From positions 63,798,001 to 63,862,000 of the forward strand of contig OX597826.1 of assembly GCA_951406725.2 (NCBI GenBank): a stretch of DNA of 64,000 nucleotides. Reading direction: 5' to 3'. Source of the DNA: Octopus vulgaris (Eukaryota). The notes under the pieces are model-generated. The model saw only the letters and a program-made list of their open reading frames with translations. It did not search any database and had not been told where the DNA came from. Position numbers and translations under genes: made by a program. This document shows, one piece after another, positions 1 through 13,447 of this stretch (within the stretch, counting starts at the first letter, position 1; every line of letters begins with the position of its first letter).

Positions 1-3000
1 TAGATGGTACTAAAGTTGTGTTATCTGTTGACAGCTGATGAAGTTAATGTCTTGCAATGTAAACTATATGTAAATTATGTGTAATATTCTATGTAATTAT
101 AAGATAGGTTAGCAGAATTGTTAACACATTGAGTAAAATGCTTGGCAGTATTTCATCCATCCTTATGTTCTAAGTTCAAATTCCACCAAGATCAACTTTG
201 CCTTTCAATCTTTCAGGGTTGATGAAACAAGTAACAGTTGAGCACTGGGGTCAGTGTAATTGACTTGGCTCTTCTCTTGAAATTGCTGGCCTTGTGCCAA
301 AATCTATAATAATAAATGCCAAAAACGAATTTCTGTGTGTCAGTGTGTCACACTTTGACTCCCTTTCTCACTATTCAGTGACACTTCTTCTACTCCTCTT
401 GCTGGGGTAAGAGTAATAGTAGGCATAGAGAAGGTGAGGGCAGTAGTAGATTGACAGTTGAGATGGTAATGGAGCAACCAGGAATCAAAAGCAGACGTTT
501 TAGTCATAGAAATTGAATTGACTTATCTAAAGTATCTTGAGTGTTAATTTTTTGTTTTATTGAGTAAATTTCTCTGGATCTTTTGTCTTTGATTTTCTTG
601 TATAATGGTAATTAATATCACCAGCAGTGAGTTAGAATTTGATTTTTTCCAAACTCACTCTCGTCATTTAATGTTAATAACTGGGTGATGTGAATGGTTT
701 AATCAATCCTAAATAGTATGTGATTTATCTTTTGATAATATTCTAATTATACTTGAAGCAAATGAGCTTTATACCACTTTGTATTTCAAACTTCTAAGCC
801 CTATATTGAACATCATTTAATGTCCACCTTGCATGCTAGCATGGATGGGACGGTTTCACAAGAGCCAGCCAGGCAGAAGCCTGCACCAGACTTCTTTGAC
901 TGTTTTAGCAGGATTTTTACAGCTGGTTGCCCTTCTTAACACCAACCACTCATCAGTGTGGACTTAGTGCTTTTTGTGTGGCACAAGCACAGGTGAGGTC
1001 AGTTTTGGCAAGGTTTTTACAGCTGGATGCCCTTCTGAACACCAACCACATTAGTGTGAACTGGATGCTTTAAAGTGGCACCTACACTGACAGGGTCACC
1101 AAGTACTTGCAAGACAAAGAAAAAACTTAAGAGGGGTGAGGGCATTGGAGGAGGTGATCTTGTGTTGGATAATGAAAGGTTATAGTGAGACAGAGAGACA
1201 GAAACAGGTGTGCCACTGCATGACTGGGATCAGAATATAAATGGGATGGTTGAGTAAAGGAAGAGAGAGATATAGATGGTAGCAAGTACCAGGGCATACC
1301 TTTGAGGTTTGAACACCATAATATAAGTGGCAGGATATTGCTAAGGCAATGTGATTAAATAGTGCGGAGCGGGGTGAGTGGCAAAAACTTGGGTATATAT
1401 AGTTGGTTGTGGGGGGCTACCAGATAGCAATGATACAGAGGAACAGGGCTGTGTGGACAGGATTAAGGAGTGAGAGCTAGGCATAGTGTATGACGGAGGA
1501 AATGTGAGGAAGAGAAGAGATGTGGAAATGTAGATTTGTTTGTTGGGGTAGGTGAGCAAAAATGTTTTCTTGTTACGTATTACCCCCGTATTTTGCGCCC
1601 AGACTGACACCCTCTGAAATTCTCTGTAGATACTGAAAAGTAAATAATTATATGCACAAGTGTTAACACACTGCTTGTTAAACAACTATTTCATTTGGGT
1701 TCCATATCAGCTTTTCCTTCAAATCATATTTCGGTAAGTAATATCCATTAACGTAGATTTAATGGAAATTAGGAGAGTGATATTTTATTAATTCACTGGT
1801 ATTTACATTTTGAATAGGAAGGAGATACAAAGTTGACTCTCTATCCTGCACCCACTCGGGAGTAGTTAATCCCACTAGAGATTTCAGAACATTTTAATTT
1901 GGAGCGTTGCTATTCCTTACAACACTCTGCCATTTGTTTTAATGTTAACAGGAAAGTCTCTAGAATTTCTGTGTATGTTTTGTGTTTTAATATTTGTAAT
2001 ATGTATTTCTGTGTTTATATCAACATCATTGTGATGTTTTTAACATTTACTTTTTCCATATTGGCATGGGTTAAAATGAATTAGCATGTATCCTATCAAA
2101 ATCATCATCATCATCATTTAATGTCTGTTCTTCATACTGTCATGGATTGGACAGTTTGACAGGAGCTGGTGAGCTGGAGAACTGCTCGAGCTACCTTTGT
2201 CTATTTTGGCCTGGTATCTATGGCTGGATACCCTGACTAATGCTAACCACTTTACAGAGTGCACTGGGTGCTTCAAACGTTGCACTGACATGTGTGTGTT
2301 TATAATGTAAAGTTCTATGGTTGGTAAACTTTAACACCTGCTGCAAAATGATGCCCATCATTGCTAGTCATGTTTATGAGAATTATCAAGCATATATATA
2401 TGTGTGTATACTTAATGAAACATGGGTTTGGAATCACTAGGCTAGTCTTCTCTACAGTATCATAAAATTATTTGGTATGAAAATAAATATTAAAAACCGA
2501 ATTAACTACTTCTTAGTAGTTAACTGATGTTAAATACTATAAATGCCAAACTTGAGACAGGAAACATAAACAGATGTTAGCATGTTTGAAATTAGGGCTT
2601 TTAATATCAAATACTTCATCAGACTTGCATCAAAGGTGTGCTGTCACAGTGTATATTTTCATTTGTGTGTGTGTGTTCACCAAGAGTATTCTTGATGACA
2701 TTGTAAATGAAAGATTTATTATTCCAAAACTCTTAGTTATATATTTCTGATCATTCAGCTGGTTATCTAACCCCTTTATATTTTGAAATATATGCAAGCT
2801 ATGAAGAAAATGAAACGCTTATCTTCTTTATGTTCTTCTTTAAAGCATTTTGCAGTGGCAAATGCTATATATATATATATTACTTTAAAGTAATTTGGAG
2901 TGGGCGGGTTGTAAATGTAAACCCTAAAAACAATAAAGTCTGGTATAGGATTGTAATTTTGACCTGTGTCTTGCTCAGCTTTATTTATTTATTTTTTTTT

Positions 3001-3703
3001 TTCAGAACTACGCATGTTCTCTTAGACTGTAAATGTATCTATAGCTGTTGGAAATTTATCGTCCTATTGTCAATGTCACATGTTCTCTCTTGGCATTATT
3101 CTAAGTATTGCTAAATATTTGTATATAGAATTCATGCTATATATATATATATATATTAGGGCATTAGCTGTCATTTGATGAGCAGTTCTGGGAGTATACT
3201 TTTGCTATTATGGACAGTATCAGGAAATATGGCATACACACAATAATTTTGATTTAACTTTTATCAAATTTCTTGGTGCTTGTACAAAATGATGACTGAA
3301 TACTGATATTGAAAAGAAAATATTTTTTGCCTTCAGATTAAATACAATAAGTTTCTTGTGCGCATATTTGCAATAAATATATGCAATTACATAGCATGGT
3401 TGGTGTTAGGAAGGGCATCCAACCTCTGAAACCATACCAGAACAGACAATGGAGCCCGATGCAGCCTCTAACCATACCAGCTCTGGTCAACCCATCCAAC
3501 CAATGCCTGCATGGAAAATGGGCTTTAAATAATGATGATTCTAAATTTAATTGACATAATCAAATCTACTGCATCAAAAACCTATTTCTGCAAAATTTCA
3601 TTTAAAAAAGGAAAAAAAAACTATATTTCAGAAAGTCCTAAGGCACTTATCCTGCACCTCTTCTATTAATTCTCTCTGTGTTTCTCATTTTACTCTCTCT
3701 TTC

Positions 3704-3738
<35 letters not shown>

Positions 3739-3960
3739 GTGAAGCATGACTAAAGAAATCTACTAACCAATATTTATATCAACTATTATTAATGATTTTT
3801 CTACATATAAGTAATGCTAAACGTTATATTTTTACTTAGAATTAATGCATATATGTTATATCTAAATAAAAATTTTAAGCTAAATAGCTTCTGTTAAGTA
3901 ATTTTTATTTTGTTTTCCTTGTACAACTTTATAAATGAAATTTTTTTTTATATTTTCCAG

Positions 3961-3995
3961 CACAGGATTCGGTGGTGCTACCCAAGGAACTACAA
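3961..3995 (+). CDS. NUP58: NUP58 micro-exon (TGFGGATQGTT)
   Basis: Long T tract then ttccag acceptor; donor A|gtaatt at 3996; the final A joins GT of the next exon to give Ser in frame. An alternative acceptor (cacag) ends at 3965. Confidence 0.75.
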
Positions 3996-5447
3996 GTAAT
4001 TAAAATTTTATTATTTCCTAATGTAATGGCATACCAGTGTGGAACAATATCAGATCATCTTATTTCTTGTAGATGTCAGAAATTGATTAAGGAATTAATG
4101 ATTGAGATCTCAGAATTATACAAATGGTCAATGACTTGAACATAATATAAAAAGATAAAACATGAATGATAGCATGAGATTTAAGTTTATCAATGCCAGT
4201 ATGAGATACCACTATTTAAAGAACACTATATTGCGATTCACTCGTCATACTAATAGTTGCTCAGCCTCTTGAAAATAGCTAAAATTGCAAGAAAATCCTT
4301 CCCAAATCACATCCAACTGTCTTTAAAACAAGACATTATTGAATAATGTAGCCTTAATTAGATAAGGTATGTTGTTCATGGGTAGAATGCTTTTGTAGGT
4401 GTTCTCAGTCAGGGTTGATTTGTGGTTAAAAACCAACCAATATATAAAATAACAGATATTTTACTACACCACATCAAAATTTTGATTAAAAGTTACATGA
4501 GTTTGGCTGTGGCAGACGAGTAATGCCATAGCATTTTCATATACCTTCCACACTAATGAGAGGAAGTTATTCTCAGACCTGGAACCTGATCTGAGTATTT
4601 GCTACAGAGTGGGCTTCACTAAAGGCACCAAAGAGTTTTAGAAATTGCAACCAAATCTGCCTCAAATCACACTCTGCTACCTTAAAAAAGGGAAGAACAC
4701 ATAAGATAATGTAGTCTTAGCCGTCACTAAAATGGTAGGGGTTGCCAATACTGGAATGCCTTTGATCACAGGACATCTCGATCATGGTTTACCTAGGGCT
4801 AAACAATAAACTAACAATCTTCCATCTGCTGTAAATAATACACTGTTAGTACTAAAGCTCATGGAATATGTCCTAGATGCTGGCAAAGTTGTATAGTTAA
4901 AAAGTTTGTTTTGAAATTGTATAATTCCAGGTTTGAACCCACTGCATGGCACTTTGTATAAGTGTCTTCTAATATAGCTTTAGATTGACTGAAGGCTTGT
5001 CAGTGACATTGAGTCAACAGAGACTGTGCAGATGTCTTACAGACAGGCTGCAGCTGTTCTTGTGTAGAAGACTTAATCCATTATTCTGTTTAAAAGCACC
5101 ATCTGGCCAAGTCCTGAGTGTGAAGATAACTTTCACTCTTCTTCTTATCCTAAAGAGACACGAGAAAAAGTTCATGAGAATTGCTTTCCTTCACTGGCAG
5201 AGTCATTTAGAAAAATTAACAGATTACTTGGTCTCAAAGGATACATTCATTAGATAACATAGTCCTTGATACACTATACCTGTAATGTAAGCAGTAAGAT
5301 GATCATAGCTGAAATATTTTTCCCCTATTTATTTTGAGACGTACTCATCATAAGAAACTGAGACTTTTAATACAAGGAAGCATTTTTAAATCTGAAGGCA
5401 AAATATTGTTCAAAACCTGAAGTATTTCTTTTCTTTTTTTTTTGTAG

Positions 5448-6248
5448 GTGGGTTTTCCTTTGGAGGTTCTGGCAATGCTGCACCTGCAACTGGTGGTTTC
5501 TCTTTTGGCGGTGCTCCCAAAACGACAACAGCTGCTACTGGTGGTTTCTCTTTTGGCAATGCTGCCAAAACAACTGCTGCCACTGGTGGATTTTCCTTTG
5601 GTTCTTCCACACCAGCTTCGAGTGGATTTGGTGCTACTCCTAATACAGGGTTTTCTTTTGGTGCATCACCAGCCACTACTACCGCAGTCCCAAACCAGGG
5701 AGCAACGGCAACAGGTTTTTCCATGGGTGGACAAACGGCAACTCCGGCTCCAGCTATGGGAGGGTTTTCTTTCAACACGCCAACTTCTAACCCAGCACCA
5801 ACAGGATTTTCCTTAGGCTCCACTGGTACAACTGGTTTTGGAGCAACCGGTGGCGGAGGTTTTAGTTTTGGAACTCCTGCAGCAGCTACAACAGCAGCAG
5901 CAGCTACAAGTGGGACAACTGCAAATACTGGGTTCAATTTCGGTAATCCAGCTTCTACTGGAGGGTTTGGTAACCCAGCGTCTACCGGTGGGTTTGGGTC
6001 ATTTGCTGGAACACCAGCAGTAGCAGCGCCACCACCAACAGCAACAACAACTGCTAGTAATTGGCTTCTTGGTGCAAAACCACAGAGCACTGTAGCTCCA
6101 ACTACTAATACACTAGGATCTGGTACAACTGGAAGCTTCTTTGGGCAACAGCCAACTACCAGTGGCCTTGGAGGTTTTGGGACTACGACGACAACATCAT
6201 CGTCATTATTTGGAAGTTTTTCTTTTGGTAAAACAACAGCTGCAACAG
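5448..6248 (+). CDS. NUP58: NUP58 large N-terminal FG-repeat exon (801 nt, phase 1-1)
   Basis: Poly-T tttgtag acceptor; open frame GFSFGGSGNAAPATGGFSFG...SFGKTTAAT; donor G|gtttgt at 6249. Confidence 0.93.
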
Positions 6249-7329
6249 GTTTGTCCAGATTTATTTGTATTTAACCTTTCTCTTAATTTTCAATTTAGAA
6301 TGTGTACAAAAAAAAATTGGTATTTTTTTCCCCACTTTCTCTTTTGTGTATGTGTGAGAGAAAGAAATTGATATGCATGATATTAGATGATAGAAATTTT
6401 AATATTTGCATTCTGCAATTCATTACTTATAATTTCTGTGAAAGATATCAATAACGAGGTGCTGGTTTGGCTATATGGCAAGAAGTTTGTTTCTTAACCA
6501 CATGATTGGCACCTTGGGCAAGTGTCTTCTACTGTAGTCCCATGCTGGCCAAAGCTTTTTGAGTGGATTTAGTAGATGGAAACTGGAAGAAGTCCTGAGT
6601 GTGTGTCACTGTCATACAAGTGATGTCCTTCATTTCCAATCTTATGGAAACATGTCTAGTCATGGGGAAAGAAGTATTCTGGCTATAGAAAATCCTCAAA
6701 TTCCATCTAACCCATGTGAGCATGGGAAAGTTGACATTAGAATGGTGATGATGTTTCTAATTTAGACAAGACCAGCAGGTTTGAGGGAAGGGAGTTAGTT
6801 GATTAAATTAACCCCCTTACTTGACTGTTGCTTTATTTTACTGACATCAGAAGGACAAATGGCAAAGTTGACCTTGGCATAAGTCTGTTCTTTTTTTCTT
6901 TCTTTCTTTCTGTCATACTATAGCTGTGTAGAAAGAGAAAGCAGTGGCTCTGCTGAGAGGGAAAGAAAGTATTATAGAGATAGATAGGGAGAATAACAGT
7001 GGGAAGAAGAGACAAACATAGCCAGAATCAGCAGCAACTGGAGTAAACAGTCAACCAAGCTGACCATAAAATATAAAAGAATGGAAGTATTAGTGTGTAC
7101 TCACACTAATACAGTTCACTCAGCTGTAAAAATGAGCTGTGGTATCACTGATGCCAAGCCGTATTGGCCTTTGCTTTCCCTTGGATAACAGCAGTGGCAT
7201 GGAGAGGAGAGACTGGTATGCATAGGTGACACCTTGGAGGGTGACTTTCTAGGTACAATCCCATGGTCATTCATGACAGAAGGGGGTCTTTACTCTTTTA
7301 GTTTGGAAGAGAGGGAATATGTATGAGGT

Positions 7330-8990
7330 AGTTTTTACAGTGTTAGTGTAAGGTTTTTTTCTCTCTTTTCCTGCAATCTAGGATGTTAGTAAGTGGTTAC
7401 AGTACCATTCCAGATATGTGAGAAGTAGCTCAATATGCTGTTGTGCTTTTAGAGGACCAGAATTTGACTAGAGCTGAATTATTATCTGGCCTTGAAACAG
7501 AACTCTAGTCTTTATGAGATAGGTTTAACTATGTTAGAAATGTGAAGCTGCTACTAGAAGTCATCAGCATCTATGAAACCTAGCAGCTATTATGATATCA
7601 TAGGTTTGTGTATTGTTCATAACTAGAGAGGAGGTAATGCAAGATTGTTTTTTTCATAGGTGGAGCACTTGTCTTTGTACTGTTGAAAAACTGTTGTGCC
7701 CCAATTAAAGAAAGTTTTCAAGATCTATGGTTCTGGAAGTGGTTGAAGATGGGTGTGAGGTGTCTCAGTTGCTAGTAGATGAGACACATTTGGAAGTGAA
7801 GAGTGATATGATCTGCCAAGGAGTTTGTGTCAGTAAAAGTAACAGAAGGAAGATTGTAGGATAACTGATAATGATGAAATGTGGATCTGTAATGGAGCAA
7901 GTTTGACCGGAAATTGCTAATCCAAGAGATAAGAGGTAGACATAAGTAGGAGAGTCTTATGTTAGACATGGTGGACAGCTTTACTGCTGTCAAGGGCAAT
8001 AATATGGCTTTTTGGAAACTTATGATGTTAAGTTTGTTTCCCAACCACATGCTTCTATAGCCCTGGGCTGACCAAAGCCTTGTAAGTGTATTTGATAGTT
8101 AGGAACTGAAAGATGCCCATCATGTTTATATATATGTATATTTGTGTCTTCTTGCCTTGATGTTGTGTAATACCTGTAAACAACTGTTGTACAAGTAGTC
8201 ATTCATTTCTGATATTCTGCAAAACACATCTGACCCTTGGTGAAAGTTGGCAAAGAGCATCTAGCCACAGAAAATCTGTCTCGGTACTCTCTGCCTGATC
8301 CATACAAGCATAGAAAAGTGGACATTAAAATGATGTTTTGTATGCTTGGGAGATTCAGTCTCTGGTTACTGGTGACCCCTGACATGGGAGAGAAACCAAG
8401 TGATGAAGGAGGTAAAGATTTATGAATGGTACCACTACTTTTGAGATATTGAATATTAGGGCAATATTAGAGAGGTTGCTGTTCTTGAGAATGGGACCCA
8501 CTGTAAAGTGTTTCCAGAGACTGAGGTAGATCTCTGGAGACAAAGATCGATCGATAAGTTTGGCTGGAATAAGAACTAACATCAGATTGCACTGTTTTAG
8601 TGGAAAAGCCACTGTCAAGAAGAGTCTTTTGTTAGTTAATTTCAAGTCTTAGTATGAGCAGGGATTGGGAGTTCTTGCACAGTAGGAAAGTATGAGGTGG
8701 GTATTTTCATTAAGCAGTAGTTAAATGAGCCAATCATAGAAAATATACTGAGAGGTGGGTAAACTAATTGTTGCAGACAATTTTCTTAGTAGAAAACAAT
8801 CCAGTGTGTATGCTATTTGTGTTAGTGAGGGAGGAATACCAGATGTGAAAGTTGTATGTGTTCATGACATCAAAAAGGATCGCTTCAGAAAGTGATGAGT
8901 TGAGATAGATCTCTCCTGTTGTAGGTCAAGGGATAGTGGTATGACTGCTGGTATAAAGCAACATAAGAAGTTTTAATTAAAACTTCATTG
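7330..8990 (-). mobile_element. Highly decayed LINE-like (L2/CR1-type) remnant interrupted by a SINE at about 8040-8340
   Basis: GA-rich + strand composition with no intact ORF; similar decayed patches at about 33170-33440 and 57460-57950. The family call is tentative. Confidence 0.3.
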
Positions 8991-9048
8991 CAGGTTTTTT
9001 TCACATACTATATACGCACACAAAAACACACACATATTTGTATGTATT

Positions 9049-9292
9049 TATGAGGTGCGTTAAAAAACTATCCAACTTTTTTTTCTTGCCTAAATTAATG
9101 CTGCACAAGCAAAATATTTTGGGTGGGCTGTGACACCACCCTTCCTGCACATGCATGAAAATTTTTGTGCCCATAGGCTGAGTCAGTTCCCAGTTGTTGC
9201 ACTTAGAGTACAGGCATGTAATGCATGCTCGGCAGATTTTCGTTTTCATGCAAGATGACCAAATGCATTGAGCAGAAAAATTGCATCAAGAT
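9049..9292 (+). mobile_element. Mariner-like 5' fragment
   Basis: TA-tgaggtgcgttaaaaaactatcc end resembles TACGAGG-type mariner TIRs; followed by ATG ACC AAA TGC ATT GAG CAG AAA AAT TGC ATC AAG (MTKCIEQKNCIK), like a mariner transposase N-terminus. Confidence 0.55.
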
Positions 9293-11411
9293 ACTACCGC
9301 AGTCAACCTCATGGGGCTTGCACCCTACCTTGAGAAACACTGATATAGATCTATTCCAACAATACCAAGTCCTTTCTGAATCTAACTTCCATCAGCTGTG
9401 AGTATTCAAATCCGAATACTACAACTCACACTAGCATAGTGAAAATTCAAATAAGATTTCATCACTCATCCTGACTACTTTGTATGACACCCAACCCTCT
9501 CAGGTCAGTGTTAATTGAGTAGATCTATGATCAAAGGCATTCCAGTTATGGCCATTCCATCTTAATATATATCCAAAACTTCATTACTTTAGTCAGTTTT
9601 ATATTACGGACTGCATTACTACTTTGTCTTTTGTTTTATTTTACTTATTAAGACAACAGCACAGGCATGGCTGTCTGGTTAAGAGGCTTACTTCCTAACC
9701 GTGTGGTCTCAGGTTTAATCCCACTGTGTAACATCTTGGGCAAGTGTTGTGGCTTTGGCAGTGGATTTGGCTGACGAAATGGGAATGTGTGTATTTGTTA
9801 CCCTTGTCTAGATATCATGGGATGGTTGTAAATGAGCATCACTGTCATAAATGAGGTTGTTAGTGTCCAGTCTTCCACAGAAAAAGCTGTCTAGCTATGT
9901 GGAAATATCATTACCTTGCCAAGGAACAGTTCTAGGTTGGCAACAAAAGCATCGACCCATAGAAAATCTGACATGACAAATTCCATCAGACTCATGCAAG
10001 TATGGAAAAATGGACATTAAATGATGACAATGATTATGAACAGCATGTTATCTCTCATTAGTCTTCCTGCTGCTCTACACAACCAGACAGCTACTGTTGC
10101 CACTTGCTTCTTTCTAGTCTCTCTGCCCCATTCCATCTAACCTTGTGTCTTGAAAGTCTCCACCCTGATACCTCATCACCACTATTTTCAACACTTCCCA
10201 GCTCCACCTGATCCTTCTCTTCCAAGATGTGAATAGTTATATAACTCCTATACAGCAAGAAACCCGTTCGGCTCCAGTCCTCTTCTCTTATACTTTACCA
10301 TTCTCTACTCTTCAACATCTGGCCTAAAGTTGTTCCTTTAGGGTTCCTAGTCTTGCAAGCTGCATTAGTGACCTTGCTAATGCCATGAAAAAAGCATCCA
10401 GTACGCACTGTAAACTAATTGATTGTTAGAGCATTCATCCATAGAAACCATGCCAAAGCAGAAATTGGTGCATGATGTAGTCCTTATACCATCAGATACT
10501 GTCAAACCATCCAATCCATGCCAGCATAAAACACATTTTGAATTTGAATTTTAGGCTTTACTTAAAATGATAAAAATTTAGTTTAGAATCATTAGTGGTT
10601 ATAATATCTCCTATTTTCAGTTTGTTCTAGATTTTATATGAAATCAATATACAGTGTGCAATGGGTAAATTGTTGCCATTTTATATTTTTAAATTTTATG
10701 CATACACATTGTTTTTGATTTTGTCAACTACACAGTATAGTAGGGTCAGTTGGGCACCATCTGTGAGCAAAACAGCACCATGTTGCAATTCACTCTGCCA
10801 GAAATTTGGAAATGACATACTGCTTGGCATTCACAGCAGAAGCTCCAATATGAACATTTCAGAGTGTTTGGGTGTCAATCTGAGGACATGTACTGAGAGT
10901 GATAAAAATCAAACAGCCAGTCAACATCATGGTGTTTGGAGCGATTACTAGTAGTGACAACTTTCATCTTCCCACACAGCCTCAGACTTGAAAACAGAGG
11001 CCTACATCAAGTGCATGGAGGAGGTAGTACTGTTCTGGCTCAAGAGGGTGGTTGCTGGAAGACCCTATGTCTGGCGATAGGACTCTACACCATGCCACAC
11101 AAGCAGGAGAACCCAGTCATGGCTATCAGACAATTTCTGCAACCACATCACACCTAGTGTCCGTCCATCTAACTCCCCAGACTGCAACCCCCTTGATTAT
11201 TGTGTGGGGTGCAGTTGAGTGGGAGACCAACAAAACTACTAGTAGTACCAAACATGGTTGAAGTCAATGGTGATTTTATTATTAAATAAATTTACTCTTT
11301 AGTATTTCAAGATATTTTTCTGTAATTTTGATAAATATATCTGTTAAAATGAGATGTCAGTGTTATTTTCATTTTTGTGTAATTTAGACGACAGTTTATT
11401 AATTGCATCCA

Positions 11412-11418
11412 GTATGTA

Positions 11419-11455
<37 letters not shown>

Positions 11456-11935
11456 GTATATGTATATATATGTATGTATATGTATATGTATGTATATATA
11501 TGTATATGTATGTATATATATATGTATGTATATGTATGTATATATATATGTATGTATATGTATGTATATATATATATGTATATATATATATGTATGTATA
11601 TATATATATGTATATATATATATGTATGTATATATATATATGTATATATATATATGTATATATATATATGTATATATATATATGTATATATATATATGTA
11701 TATGTATGTATATGTATGTATATGTATATATATGTATATGTATGTATATGTATATATATGTATATGTATGTATATGTATATATATGTATATGTATGTATA
11801 TGTATATATATGTATATGTATATATATGTATATATATGTATATGTATATATATGTATATATATGTATATGTATATATATGTATATGTGTATATATATGTA
11901 TGTGTATATATATATGTATATGTATGTATATATAT
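11412..11935. repeat. Compound (TA)n/(TATG)n/(TG)n microsatellite, about 520 bp
   Basis: Continuous purine-pyrimidine alternation of T with A/G. Confidence 0.98.
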
Positions 11936-13210
11936 GGAATTTGATGGCCAGACTGTGTTTACATAGGAGCTTCCTTTATGGATCAGTTTTCTTTTTCTGG
12001 CATTTTTCCATGGTCTAGCAAATGCCTGGTACCTGGTTTGCCAGGTTTAAACTGGATATATCTGGCCCAAATATTCTGCTTGTTTTGTGTTCAAACTAGC
12101 TAGATCTGGTTTCTCACCTACCCTACAATGTCATTTTGAAAATAAACAATCACGTCATCAAAATCTCAAAGCTACAAGATAATTCATGATTAATTCAAAA
12201 CAAGGTGAATAAATAAGCATAACATTTATCTCCTATAGAATGACACCAGACATAAAACCACCTCCCTCCTCTCTCAAATACACTCCTACTCAGTCGAAGG
12301 TTTTTTTTTTTCCTTTTCTCTTTTTTATTTTGTCTTGCACGTTACTTGGCAACCTCATTAATGACAGTGTCATGAAAAAATAATGGGATTAGTACACTCT
12401 TTAAAGTGGTTGGCATTAAGACATTGGAGCCTGACGCAGCTCTGCAGCACATTGAGCTCTGTCAAAGTGTCCAACCCGTGTCAACATTAAAAACGGGTGT
12501 TAAATGATGTCGATGCATTTGATTGAGTGATGTAAATGCTAAAGAGATAAATTGTGGTCAAAACCACGTAAATAACAAGATGAAAGTGTACATTAGGTTA
12601 AAAGCTTTCATTATCTTCTGAGAAACGTGATGTATTTAAAATTTTAAATCATACTCTTAGCAATGAAATCAGTCGTTATCTTAGACTTAATTATAGCTAT
12701 AAAAAAAAATTTTTTTAATTAAAAAAAAAGGGTGTGGAAACAACTCATTAAACAGAAAGTGGGGATTGTGATCTTTAGCTGTACAGTAACAACTCTGTCA
12801 GCAGTTCTCAAACTAATGAATATCAGAGCCTTCTGAAAATATTAGTAAAATTTTATGGCACCCTTCACCATGGTATTCGACAAGTTTTAAAAATAACTGA
12901 AAGTTTTCTTAATTTTATCAGAAATGTCAATTTGTCTGCCTCTTTTTCAGTCCTTCTAGCCCTCCCTCCAACCCCATGTAAAACATTCACCTACCACCAC
13001 AGCTATTCACCTTGAGCCAACAAGGAGGCTTCTGTGTGGTTGTATGGCTTTCTAGAAATAGCAGTCAAATCTCTCTCAAAATAATTCTATCTTCAAAATG
13101 GAAAGGCAATGGATAATTGCCATCATTATCATCATTTGACATCTCTGTTCCATGCTGGTATGGGTTGGACAGTTTGACAGCATTTGATGGACCCAAGAAC
13201 CACATTTGTA

Positions 13211-13447
13211 TTGAGTTGGTGCATAATTATTGCGCCTTTTTTTTCAACAAAAACAATAACGTTTAACAAAAACATCTTTAAATGATTATTCTGGAGCATA
13301 TTCACCATCTACTTCAATTACTGCTTCCCATTTGCTTGGCAGACGGTTAGACCGTCATTTAAAGATATTTTTGTTAAATATTGTTATTGTTTTTGATGAA
13401 TAAAATTTGTTGCAAAAAAAAGCTGCGATAATTATGCACCAATCCAA
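13211..13447 (-). mobile_element. Internally deleted mariner (Hsmar1/MADE1-like TIR) MITE
   Basis: TIRs ttgagttggtgcataattattgcg / cgataattatgcaccaatccaa flanked by TA on both sides; the minus strand encodes the mariner C-terminus RLPSKWEAVIEVDGEYAPE*. Confidence 0.85.

Noticed and set aside
30-70. CTGATGA (and CTGAAGA near 53850 and 62990) as possible hammerhead ribozyme cores
   Set aside because: No properly spaced stem II plus GAAA and closing helices could be built.
2990-3114. Strong poly-T cag acceptor at 3005
   Set aside because: No FG-like or Nup58-like reading frame and no convincing donor follows; cannot be supported without RNA data.
5410-6090. 226-aa minus-strand ORF with PKENPP repeats
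   Set aside because: It is the antisense mirror of the GFSFG codons in the NUP58 exon; no independent gene signals.
11354-12018. Three overlapping ORFs of about 190 aa rich in Y/I/M/C/V
   Set aside because: Artefact of a stop-free TA/TG microsatellite.
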